Assembly (NCBI GenBank): GCA_000934665.2
Contig: JYFJ02002038.1
Span: forward strand, 44,075-64,074
Direction of reading: 5' to 3'
Origin: Catajapyx aquilonaris
Lineage: Eukaryota
Length of the DNA stretch: 20,000 nucleotides
Part shown: piece after piece, positions 11,625 to 19,990 of the stretch
How positions within the stretch are numbered: the stretch's first letter is position 1
Layout of the letters: each line of letters begins with the position of its first letter
Made by a program: the position numbers and the translations under genes
Notes under the pieces: model-generated
Databases searched by the model: none
What the model was told of the DNA's origin: nothing
Seen by the model: the letters and a program-made list of their open reading frames with translations, nothing else

Positions 11625-11694
11625 ATGTTGGACACTCCCTATATTGGACATTTTCCTTGGAACCGCCAGTGTCCAGCATAGACAGGTGTCACCG
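11625..11694. mobile_element. One end of a Tc1/mariner-pogo (Tigger-like) MITE
   Basis: Minus strand reads TA|CGGTGACACCTGTCTATGCTGGACAC with internal GGACA/TGTCC repeats, resembling CAGTGAAACCTGTCTA-type pogo MITE termini with a TA target. The partner end is not convincingly seen. Confidence 0.4.
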
Positions 11695-11867
11695 TATTTA
11701 TCTTCGTCTTAATGCAGAAAGGAATTTTTCGCAAATTTTTAAATGATCACCATATATGCCATATGGAATAAAATCTTTCATTATACGGTACTTTTGCAAT
11801 TTTTTACAGAAATTCGTTGAAAAATGTAGAGAAGTAATGTCATCTCAGACCTGAGGTCCAATATATT

Positions 11868-12337
11868 TTATTTTTATTATTATTTATTTATTATACCCTG
11901 TGATAAACCTACTGGCTTTGTAGGGGGTGGAATACCACCATTTTAGCTATTTTTCCGACCTTTTTCTCTCACCGGTGCAGGGGACAGGATAGGTATAATG
12001 AGGGTGGGGGATACGGGTCCAGGTGCATTGTCATCACGTTGGGGGTCGTGTGCAGTCCCCCAGGGGGCCAAGCTTAACAGTTAACACACCCCCCTAGGTG
12101 CGGGGTCAGAAACATCCCTTCCCCACTGACACCGCACCTCCTCAAGGACAGGACAAGGATAGGAAAGGAAGGAAGCGGCGGTGGCCTATTAATTTAGGAA
12201 ACAACTCCGGAATTCTCCTGGAGGAACCGTGGGAAACCACAGAAAACCACGGTTAGAGTTGCCGGCACCGGGGATCGAACCCAGGACCTCCCGATTAGCA
12301 GCCGGATACCATATCCCCTCCGCTACCACTGCTTCGG
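11868..12337 (-). mobile_element. Full-length (~470 bp) tRNA-derived SINE with 16-bp target-site duplication
   Basis: A box TAGCGGAGGGG (12325-12315) and B box GGTTCGATCCC (12281-12271). Central GTGGTTTTCTGTGGTTTCCC...TCCAGG...TAGGCCAC...CCGCTTCCTTCC block resembles Lm1/Talua-type insect SINE bodies. (AAT)n/A-rich tail. Identical flanking repeats TGAGGTCCAATATATT at 11852-11867 and 12338-12353. Confidence 0.93.
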
Positions 12338-12474
12338 TGAGGTCCAATATATTGGATATCTAATTTTGCAAAGAGTAATTGCAAAAAATATATGATATTA
12401 TTTAAAATGGCTTCTACACCTCCCCTACAGAGCTTTCTTTCCAAGTATTACTAAATAATTGCACCAATGGCTTC

Positions 12475-12587
12475 TCAGGTCTCAGGAGGGTGTGGTGTCT
12501 CCCTAGTGTGAATTCGTATGTGACATTTTAGATTCCCTGCCTGCGAAAACTTTTTCTGACACACCCGACAACTGTATGGCTTCTCAC
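12475..12587 (-). pseudogene. Out-of-frame 23rd zinc finger and original C-terminus of the zinc-finger gene
   Basis: A shifted frame reads [41 protein letters not shown] (TGA 12477-12475). The junction ACT CAC AGG TGA is the expected ACT CAC ACA GGT GAG minus 2 nt. Confidence 0.85.
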
Positions 12588-14422
12588 CTGTGAGTTCTCT
12601 CATGTCCTCTCAAATGACTTGGGTGATTGAATGTTTTCTGGCAAACCAGGCAGCTGTATGGTTTCTCCCCAGTGTGTGTATGCATGTGAATTTGTAGATT
12701 CCCTCCCTGCGCAAACCCTTTCTGACACACGTGGCATTTAAATGGTTTCTCCCCAGTGTGTGTTCGCATGTGAGCATTTAGACTATCTGCATGTGAAAAC
12801 TTTTTCTGACACACACGGCATTTAAATGGTTTCTCCCCAGTGTGTGTTCGCATGTGAACATTTAGATTATGTGCAAGTGAAAACCCTTTCTGACACACCT
12901 GGCATTTAAATGGTTTTTCCCCAGTGTGTGTTCGCATGTGACCTTTTAGACTCCCTCTTTGCGAAAACCCTCTCTGACACACACGGCATTTAAATGGTTT
13001 CTCCCCAGTGTGTGTTCGCATGTGATCATTTAGATGCCCTGCCTGTGAAAACCTTTCCAGACACACATGGCATTTATGTGGTTTTTCCCCAGTGTGTGTT
13101 CGCATATGAACATTTAGAGAGTTTGCATGTGAAAACTTTTTCTGACACACATGGCATTTAAACGGTTTCTCCCCGGTGTGTGTTCGCATGTGAAGTTTTA
13201 GACCCCCTCCCTGCGCAAACCCTTTCTGACACACACGGCATTTAAATGGTTTCTCACCTGTATGTGTACGCATGTGAATGCTTAATTCACTTGGTTGTGA
13301 AAACCTTTTCTTACACACACGGCATTGAAATGGTCTCTCACCAGTATGTATTCGCATGTGAACAGTTAGATGTGCTGTTTGTGCAAACCCTTTCTGACAC
13401 AGACGGCATTTAAATGGTTTCTCCCCAGTGTGTGTTCGCATGTGAAGTTTTAGAGTCCCACTTTGCGAAAACCCTCTCTGACACACACGGCATTTAAATG
13501 GTTTCTCCCCAGTGTGAGTTCGCATGTGATCTTTTAGAGTATTTGCATGTGAACACCTTTTCTGACACACATGGCACTTAAACGGTTTCTCCCCAGTGTG
13601 TGTTCGCATGTGAACTTTTAAATACTGTGCTTGTGAAAACTTTTTCAGACACACATGGCACTTAAATGGTTTCTCCCCGGTGTGTGTTCGCATGTGACGT
13701 TTTAGATCCTCTCCCTGCGCAAACCCTTTCTGACATACACAGCATGTAAATGGTTTCTCCCCAGTGTGTGTTCGCATGTGAGATTTTAGACTATGTGCGT
13801 GAGAAAACTTTTCCAGACACACGTGGCATTTATGTGGTTTCTCCCCAGTGTGTGTTCGCACGTGAACATTTCGAGCCCCTATTTGTGAAAACTTTTTCTG
13901 ACACACCTGGCATTCATGTGGTTTCTCCCCAGTGTGTGTTAGCATGTGAACTTTTAGACCATCTGCACGTGAACACCTTTTCTGACACACTTGGCATTGA
14001 AATGGTTTCTCCCCAGTGTGTGTTCGCATGTGAACATTTAGATGGCATTTTTGTTCAAACTTTTTTTGACACACATGGCATTTAAATGGTTCTTCCCCAG
14101 TGTGTGTTCGCATGTGAAGTTTTAGACTCCCTCCCTGCGCAAACCCTCTCTGACACACACGGCATTTAAATGGTTTCTCCCCAGTGTGTGTTCGCATGTG
14201 AACATTTAGATTATGTGCATGTGAACACCTTTTCTGACACACATGGCATTTAAACGGTTTCTCCCCAGTGTGTGTTCGCATGTGAACATTTAGAGAATTT
14301 GCACGTGAAAACTTTTTCTGACACACCTGGCATTTATGTGGTTTCTCCCCAGTGTGTGTTCGCATGTGAACTTTCAATTGAGAAGCTTGTTGAAACTCCC
14401 TCTGGCAAATGTCGCATCCAAA
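12505..14422 (-). repeat. 84-bp coding minisatellite (zinc-finger array, 23 units)
   Basis: Near-invariant + strand block GGCATTTAAATGGTTTCTCCCCAGTGTGTGTTCGCATGTG recurs every 84 bp. Confidence 0.95.
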
Positions 14423-14509
14423 CACCTGTTTAGTTCCTCTTGTCTTCCTGTAATCTTGCACTCGAGCCTGTTTCTTTGCATTTCTATCTCTTGTGTTCAC
14501 TTTTTCTCC
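12584..14509 (-). CDS. Tandem C2H2 zinc-finger protein, last coding exon (22 in-frame fingers)
   Basis: 22 C-x2-C-x12-H-x3-H units at a 28-aa period joined by TGEKP-type linkers. Acceptor ATCTTTCAG|GGA at 14510/14509 (phase 0). The ORF-track start at 14521 is intronic. Confidence 0.95.
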   Translation of the reverse strand, partial: GEKVNTRDRNAKKQARVQDYRKTRGTKQVFGCDICQREFQQASQLKVHMRTHTGEKPHKCQVCQKKFSRANSLNVHMRTHTGEKPFKCHVCQKRCSHAHNLNVHMRTHTGEKPFKCRVCQRGFAQGGSLKLHMRTHTGEEPFKCHVCQKKFEQKCHLNVHMRTHTGEKPFQCQVCQKRCSRADGLKVHMLTHTGEKPHECQVCQKKFSQIGARNVHVRTHTGEKPHKCHVCLEKFSHAHSLKSHMRTHTGEKPFTCCVCQKGFAQGEDLKRHMRTHTGEKPFKCHVCLKKFSQAQYLKVHMRTHTGEKPFKCHVCQKRCSHANTLKDHMRTHTGEKPFKCRVCQRGFSQSGTLKLHMRTHTGEKPFKCRLCQKGFAQTAHLTVHMRIHTGERPFQCRVCKKRFSQPSELSIHMRTHTGEKPFKCRVCQKGFAQGGGLKLHMRTHTGEKPFKCHVCQKKFSHANSLNVHMRTHTGEKPHKCHVCLERFSQAGHLNDHMRTHTGEKPFKCRVCQRGFSQRGSLKGHMRTHTGEKPFKCQVCQKGFSLAHNLNVHMRTHTGEKPFKCRVCQKKFSHADSLNAHMRTHTGEKPFKCHVCQKGFAQGGNLQIHMHTHTGEKPYSCLVCQKTFNHPSHLRGHERTHR

Positions 14510-14839
14510 CTGAAAGATCAATTACATGTGATCCATCACTGAATGTTTCACAAAATGGAAGGGGCCACGAAACCAATTTGAAGGTTGGAAATGATAAAGG
14601 GTGTAAGTGCAATTTTTTTCCAACCTTGAGAAAAAGCAATTTTTGTGTATCCTATCCGAAATTCTTTCTTGGTGAACATGACCGTCGTAAATGCAACATA
14701 CAATCAAGGCACATGGGCATATGCAATAATGATGAACATATGTCACTGATAAAAATTCAAGCCCAAAAGTAACAAAACAACTCAAACAAGAAAGGTGTAA
14801 GTGCCAGGAGACCATTTCATCATTAAAGGTGTCAACACT

Positions 14840-15900
14840 TGGGTTGCGCAATAGGGTTGAAATTTGACATTTCGCATTAGGTCTCAGGTGTGTACAACCA
14901 TGATTTTATTCAGCAAAATCAGAGACAGTCGAGCAACACTTTGACTCAGTTGAACTGGAATGGCCCACAGCATAATAAGTGTGAACTTTTCCTCATTTTA
15001 AAACAAGTTTTGAAATTCATTAGTATTGATGCTTTGAAAATTGTAAGTTTTTGGAGAATCGACCATATTATGTTCATTGGGGTTTGACCACTTCCAGTAA
15101 CTGAAAACATTATCCAAACAAAGCCTCACTTTCAGCGTTTTTCCAATTTTAGCGATTTTTTCCCTCCCCACGGTATTTCGAAATTTGGCTGAAACTTGAT
15201 ATGCAGTGTTATGGCGTAGGTGTGTACAGCTGTGATTATTTTGACCGAAATCCGAGATGGTCTATCAACAGTCTGGGAACAAACATTTGGGGGGAAAAAA
15301 CCATTATATCTGAGTATTTTGGTTTTTTGACTGCCCCGAGGTCAAAAACAAATCTCAGGCAAAATGAAAGGTCATTATGAGTTACGAGTGACCTAAGATA
15401 CATGGAAATAGCAATGAAGTACCATGGTCAAATATTGTGTTCCATAGTGTAGGCCTAATCTGGAGCACAGGACATCATCATCTGATCAGCCCAACTCCCA
15501 AACAATTGGCCGGCAGTAGGCTACTTGAATTTCGAGTTTTTTTTTTTTTTACAGTGATCTGTTTGAAAATTAATTTAGGGACTTCTGTACGATGAAAATT
15601 GCTTCCAACACATTCATAGTGTGGATGTAGAGCATGAACATGTAAGTAGACGTAGCTGTCATTATCGTAAAATATCTCTGGTGGAATTTTTGTCTCACAG
15701 CTAGCTACTTCTTAAAAAAAGTGTTGGGAATGGTACTGCAAAGTTAGAAGTAGAGTCATTCCACATCAGATCATCTAGAGAAAAAAAAACAGAATGTCAC
15801 CAGACCGTCTCAGCTTTTGACCAAATTTGGTACATCTGTTGCACTTGTTAAGAAAGCGAAAGCCTGAAAATTTCAGGTAAATGTCTCAGTAAGATAAAAC
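14840..15900. mobile_element. Cluster of old DNA-transposon (Sola-like) terminal fragments in the zinc-finger gene intron
   Basis: A right-end-like TGAACTGGAATGGCCC ends at 14966 and a left-end-like GAGTCATTCCACATCA starts at 15753. The two face away from each other, so they belong to separate copies. Segments 14886-14943 and 15218-15275 are diverged paralogues (AGGTGTGTACA...TGATT...AAATC.GAGA..GTC..CAACA). The superfamily call is from memory of G(G/A)GYCATTCCA termini. Confidence 0.4.
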
Positions 15901-16439
15901 GTTACGAATAAAATCTTCAATATATTGGTCATAAATGGGAGAAAAGCGTCGCTAATTCCTTATGGAAGGTGCCCTGTCTCGTAATTTATTTTGCTATACA
16001 TTTATTACTTGCGCTACAAACCTGCAAATTGCTACACTTATGGTTTAAAACCTGCTGATTTCAAAACTTCCATCAGATTTGACCTATCTTTTCATGATGA
16101 GTGACTTTTGCAATAGGAAAATAAATTTTTCATGTCCAAAAAAATGCCATGACCTTGAAACTTTGCAAGCCAATTAAAAAAGTTTCGGAGTTCGTACAGT
16201 GACGACAATAGTAGGCCTACCATTGGAAAGCTAATGGTGGCAACTTTCCAAATCTGTAATAAAAGGTCTGGTATTTTACTTTTAACAGTTAAAAACAGCT
16301 TTTTACATAAAAAGGGGGAAATTACTTACCCTCACCGTGAAGCCTGCAAACAGATTTTTATAATAGGACAACCATTTCCTTTCAATGAGTTCAGGAGACT
16401 GGTCATGTAATTTGTATTGTCTTCCTGTAATAGTAATGG

Positions 16440-16611
16440 GGATATCTATGCTGCAGTGGCACCTAGCACTGATCTTGCAAGTCTGCCTGGACATGTCAGG
16501 TGAAAATCAGAAAAAGACTCGACCACGGGAGGGTGACTGGGACGGGATTTGAACCCCGGACCTCCCGCTTGGCTGGCCAGTAGCCTAGCCACTAGACCAC
16601 CATGGCCCCCC
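16440..16611 (-). mobile_element. Second tRNA-derived SINE family (head plus partial body)
   Basis: A box TGGTCTAGTGG (16599-16589) and B box GGTTCAAATCC (16555-16545) at tRNA-like spacing, but acceptor and anticodon stems do not pair well. The 3' boundary is uncertain. Confidence 0.65.
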
Positions 16612-16734
16612 GACCTCATTCAATTGCACCATTTCACAAAAATCATGATTTGCAAAGAAAAATAAGTATCCAGTAGATTTTATACATTACTTGGACACTT
16701 GGTGTAGTATCATTAAGAAGTGATTATGCTGTAC

Positions 16735-16854
16735 CTCGTTTTGTGGGGTGTGGTGTTCCCTCATTTCATGGCGTTCTAGGTCCACCTTTGTTGCAAATGG
16801 TTTCTTGCAGTCAGTGCATAAGAGATGGGCCAGGTCAACCAAGGGACTCTTTCC
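16735..16854 (-). CDS. Zinc-finger gene coding exon 3 (40 aa, single C2H2 finger)
   Basis: Acceptor TTTTTTGCTTCCCCAG|, donor GAG|GTACAG, 120 nt, phase 0/0. Encodes CTDCKKPFATKVDLERHEMREH. Confidence 0.8.
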
Positions 16855-17244
16855 CTGGGGAAGCAAAAAATTAATGGCTTTACTTCTAAGAATCTTGTCA
16901 ATCAATTTCGGCTATCTTTGGCTGGGAGGAACTATTATTTCCTGAGAAGGCGATTAACGTGAAGTTGACTTCCTCCATGTGAAAGAAATGGAATATTCTT
17001 CTGCAGAGCTTCATGATCTTCCCCAATACCCCAACAACTCTTCCATCTCGATAATGGACTCGGTGGTTTTCCAAGTGATCAGTTCTGGATCAGTTTTTGT
17101 GTGGTGTGAGTCGAAAGGGTAGTTTGGGGCAGCCGTGAATAATAGGAAGAAACTGGATGCAGAGGACAGGATCAAAAATAATAATTATCAAACCTATCTG
17201 TCACAAGACCATTTGGAAGTCTGCTTGCAAATTGTCACAACTTC

Positions 17245-17339
17245 ACACACACCCACACACACCAAATATCGCGAAGTTGGGGACGAATAGTTCACCCATT
17301 CTCACTGAAGTGTTTTGTGAAGTGTGTGTGGGTGTGTGT
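17245..17339. repeat. 18-bp inverted repeat of an interrupted CA/TG tract
   Basis: ACACACACCCACACACAC (17245-17262) and GTGTGTGTGGGTGTGTGT (17322-17339). GGGGAC/GTCCCC motifs are scattered through 17279-17480. Confidence 0.6.
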
Positions 17340-17537
17340 TCTTGTCTTCAATAAGGTCTGGGGACGGAAACAGGTGTGTTACTGTAACTCTGGGGACGTT
17401 GACCCAATTGTGGGGACATATTCTGTCCCCACAGCGTCTCACACGAGAATATCACCGTTACAGTGGTTTGTCCCCACTATTTCGTTTTGCAGGGTTTCAC
17501 AAAAGTCAATTTATCTCAGCCTAGGTTAGTTAGGGTA

Positions 17538-18289
17538 CAGTGAAAAAAAGGGTAGTAAGACCTCCGCGGCGGAATGAAAGTACTGAAACAAGGAAGCCCA
17601 CGTAAGACCTACACCAATTGATTTAAGCTGTACCACAGGTCTTACTCAAGCAATTCTAAAGTACTGCATGGAACAGCTCGTAAAAATTACAGCTACAAAC
17701 TACTCAGAGCAGTATGTAGGGTTTTATTTTGAAAAGAAAAAAAAACGTGGAAAAAACTAAACCCATCCTAACAGACTTGGTCCAATCGAAAAAGACCCTC
17801 TAAAATTCAACAATTTACGTTTACATGTGAAAAATGAAACATTAGAGTTAAAATCAGCATCTAAAAGAGGTGACGATTCTGCATGAATGTTTCATGGCAA
17901 TAATTCACACCAATAGTATAGAAATTCAAGGTGCTTAATATTGAAGTTCCTAATTTCATAAAACACTAATATGGAGTGGCTCATGGAGAATTAATGGGTG
18001 GAATTTTCGGCGTACTACTATTAATATTAACTATAGGTCTGTAGTTACTGCTAACTTATAGCAGTACCATTGCACTACACTGGTGCTGCTAAGTTAGAAG
18101 TAACTAGTAGTACGACAGAAATTCCACAAATTTGTTTTCAGAAAGGAGATTTCATGAGTAGTAAATTGGTAATTGCTTGAGTAAGACCTATGGTACAGCT
18201 TAAATCAATTGGTGAAGGTCTTACGTGCGCCTGCCTTGTTTCAGTACTTTTATTCTGCCACGAAGGTCTTACTACCCTTTTTTTCACTG
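17538..18289. mobile_element. 752-bp non-autonomous TIR element with ~118-bp terminal inverted repeats
   Basis: 17538-17655 (CAGTGAAAAAAAGGGTAGTAAGACC...CTCAAGCAATT) is the reverse complement of 18171-18289 with about 9 differences. Each arm has three GTAAGACC/GGTCTTAC subrepeats. Flanks are TA and AA. Confidence 0.88.
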
Positions 18290-18464
18290 AAGGGAATGTT
18301 TTTGCTCTTATCTAATACACAATTGCTGTACCTCACTGGGAGTGGATATCTCATTAATTTCCATTTCAAGTGGTTTTACAACAGTTTCAATCTGACAGAC
18401 AGGTTCATGCTATTGAGCCCATGCTATGTGAGTAATTGCATGGCAAGAGAGAGTGTCACCCCAC

Positions 18465-18668
18465 CTTTTGTTCTCCTGAAGGTGCAACTTGAGGCTCCAT
18501 TGGTCTGTCACTCGGCAGCACCTTTGGCTTTCTATAACTCCTTAAGAATTTCTTGACTCGAGCCTGCTCCTCTACGTCCACCTCTTCTTTCACAGGTACT
18601 GCCAAGGGCTGCTCACCATTTCTCACATTCTCTTCCCTCCGTGTGTCCACACCCAACCCTACAGGAGG
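18465..18668 (-). CDS. Zinc-finger gene coding exon 2 (68 aa, charged linker with VKEE motif)
   Basis: Acceptor TTGCATTTTCAG|CCT, donor AAG|GTGGGG (weaker), 204 nt, phase 0/0. Contains PVKEEVDVEE, a psi-K-x-E SUMO consensus. Confidence 0.7.
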
Positions 18669-18843
18669 CTGAAAATGCAAGTGAGGTTAGGTATTTGGTA
18701 CAATGGCTGAATTCTTTCTCCTGCAGATCCTTACTGTAGCCACATGTTTTAAAATGACTGACCAGTATACTGTTATGGGGGTATTGACACAGTTTTCCAG
18801 AATAAAATTGGATTCTCCAGCACTAAAAACAAGCCAAAGAAAA

Positions 18844-18953
18844 CCCAGGTAGCACAAAAAGTTGGGCCAATATTGGAGCCAATATTGGCCCAATATCTAA
18901 GATATTGGGCCAACATTCGTCCAATATTGGCCCAACTTTTTGTGCTACCTGGG
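18844..18953. mobile_element. 110-bp palindromic MITE, CMC/EnSpm-like
   Basis: Perfect 34-bp TIRs CCCAGGTAGCACAAAAAGTTGGGCCAATATTGGA (18844-18877 / 18920-18953), inner 13-bp inverted repeat, repeated CCAATATTGG motifs, and AA on both flanks (candidate 2-bp TSD). Confidence 0.88.
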
Positions 18954-19074
18954 AACCAGTTTCCACCCATGTGTAAATTCCCTACAGCATGTTCTGAGAC
19001 TCAAAGTAAAAGTATGAACCCACTGCAGCAATGCTGGTTGACTTGACATGATACATGCTCAGTGGTTTTCTCAC

Positions 19075-19305
19075 CTGGGCATGTGCGCCACTTCCACTTG
19101 CGTCACCTTCCTCCTCCTTGTTGAATCGAATGGTGACCTCCACCTGACCCCCACCAGTGAGCAGTCCTTCCTCCCCGTCCTGCAGCTCCCTCTTGACCTC
19201 ATCCCACTTGGAGTGGGTGAAGCTGTGCCCCAGGAGGAGGCACCTCCTGTCAAACACCTGGTCGCAGTACAGGCAGGGGAAGGTCCCCGTGGCCATCCAG
19301 TCCAT
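19075..19305 (-). CDS. Zinc-finger gene coding exon 1 (77 aa, N-terminal single C2H2 finger)
   Basis: ATG 19305 is preceded by in-frame stops. Acceptor CTCTTCTCTAG| at 19345/19344 and donor CAG|GTGAGA at 19075/19074 (phase 0). Encodes FPCLYCDQVFDRRCLLLGHSFTH. Confidence 0.75.
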
Positions 19306-19491
19306 CTCTGCCTAATGTTAGCGGTGCTGGCTTTGTCAGGGTAACTAGAGAAGAGTACGTGCTGTTATTCATTTAGTCATAAGCCAGGAGATGCCCCCTG
19401 ATGTGCACTAGGTTGGGCAGGGGGCCTGACATGGCCAGCAGCCTCAGCCTGATGGGACTGCAGCTGCCTCCTTGGGGAGAATCGAACCTAC

Positions 19492-19780
19492 CTTTATTCC
19501 CAACAACCAAGTCCCACCGACTGACCACCTTCCTCCAGCCCAACCGTGTGGTTCTGCCCCCTCCTCCTTTCTTCTCCCACCTTCCCCGAGCGTGTGGCTC
19601 AGAAGCGAGCAGAGCAGGGCATAGCAGGCACCATCCGCCCTCGAAGGAAGAAGAAGTCAAAGGGAAAGGAAGAGTCCGAAGAAGACGAGAGGAAAGGAAG
19701 AGGGAGACGCCATCTTGGAAGCCACATGCTTAATAACGAAGGGAACGGAACGGTGCGGTGCATTCGGGCGGATGGACACA
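19492..19780 (-). promoter_or_regulatory. Probable promoter and non-coding first exon of the zinc-finger gene
   Basis: CpG-rich stretch with a YY1-type CAAGATGGCG motif (19717-19708), a pyrimidine-rich leader, and donor AAG|GTAGGT at 19492/19491 that could splice to the acceptor at 19345. Confidence 0.55.
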
Positions 19781-19904
19781 TGAACAGTGCGGTCCATGTC
19801 AGAATGCAGGGAACGACAATTAATTTTACAGCAAATATCACAGCAGTCATTCAAGTCTTGCTTCCATAAAATTGATGCGGCATGTTTTAAATTAAATATT
19901 TTCA

Positions 19905-19990
19905 CTAGGAAAATCCTCGCTCCGCTCGCCTTTTCCTAGGGCGCAGGCCTAGAAAACCACTCGCTTCGCTCGCTGTTTTCTAGGCCTGCG
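19905..19990. repeat. Two adjacent hairpins with near-identical 17-nt loops (probable transposon terminus)
   Basis: CTAGGAAAA/TTTTCCTAG (19905-19913/19931-19939) and CGCAGGCCTAGAAAAC/GTTTTCTAGGCCTGCG (19942-19957/19975-19990). Loops are TCCTCGCTCCGCTCGCC and CACTCGCTTCGCTCGCT. Confidence 0.8.

Noticed and set aside
12020..12140. Self-cleaving ribozyme within the SINE's structured 3' half
   Set aside because: Hairpins exist, but the hammerhead core (CTGANGA...GAAA) is not properly present and I could not fit another ribozyme fold by eye.
11843..12486. CTCAGACCTGAG / CTCAGGTCTCAG as TIRs of an element hosting the SINE
   Set aside because: Only 11 of 12 bases match, and the right copy is the ancestral zinc-finger C-terminal codons and stop.
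12505..14422. CRISPR-like repeat-spacer array
   Set aside because: The constant and variable segments are zinc-finger linkers and helices in one reading frame at an 84-bp period, in a eukaryotic context with no cas genes.
16533..16611. Functional tRNA genes here and at 12262-12337
   Set aside because: A and B boxes are present but the cloverleaf stems do not pair properly. The 12262-12337 copy continues into a SINE body with tail and TSD.
17010..17155. Extra minus-strand exon of the zinc-finger gene
   Set aside because: The open frame ends in a stop without a convincing donor, and the flanking exons already join in phase.
12584..19305. PRDM9 orthologue
   Set aside because: No PR/SET, KRAB or SSXRD domain is visible in the upstream exons, and in-frame stops precede the ATG. 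Only the array's evolutionary pattern is similar.
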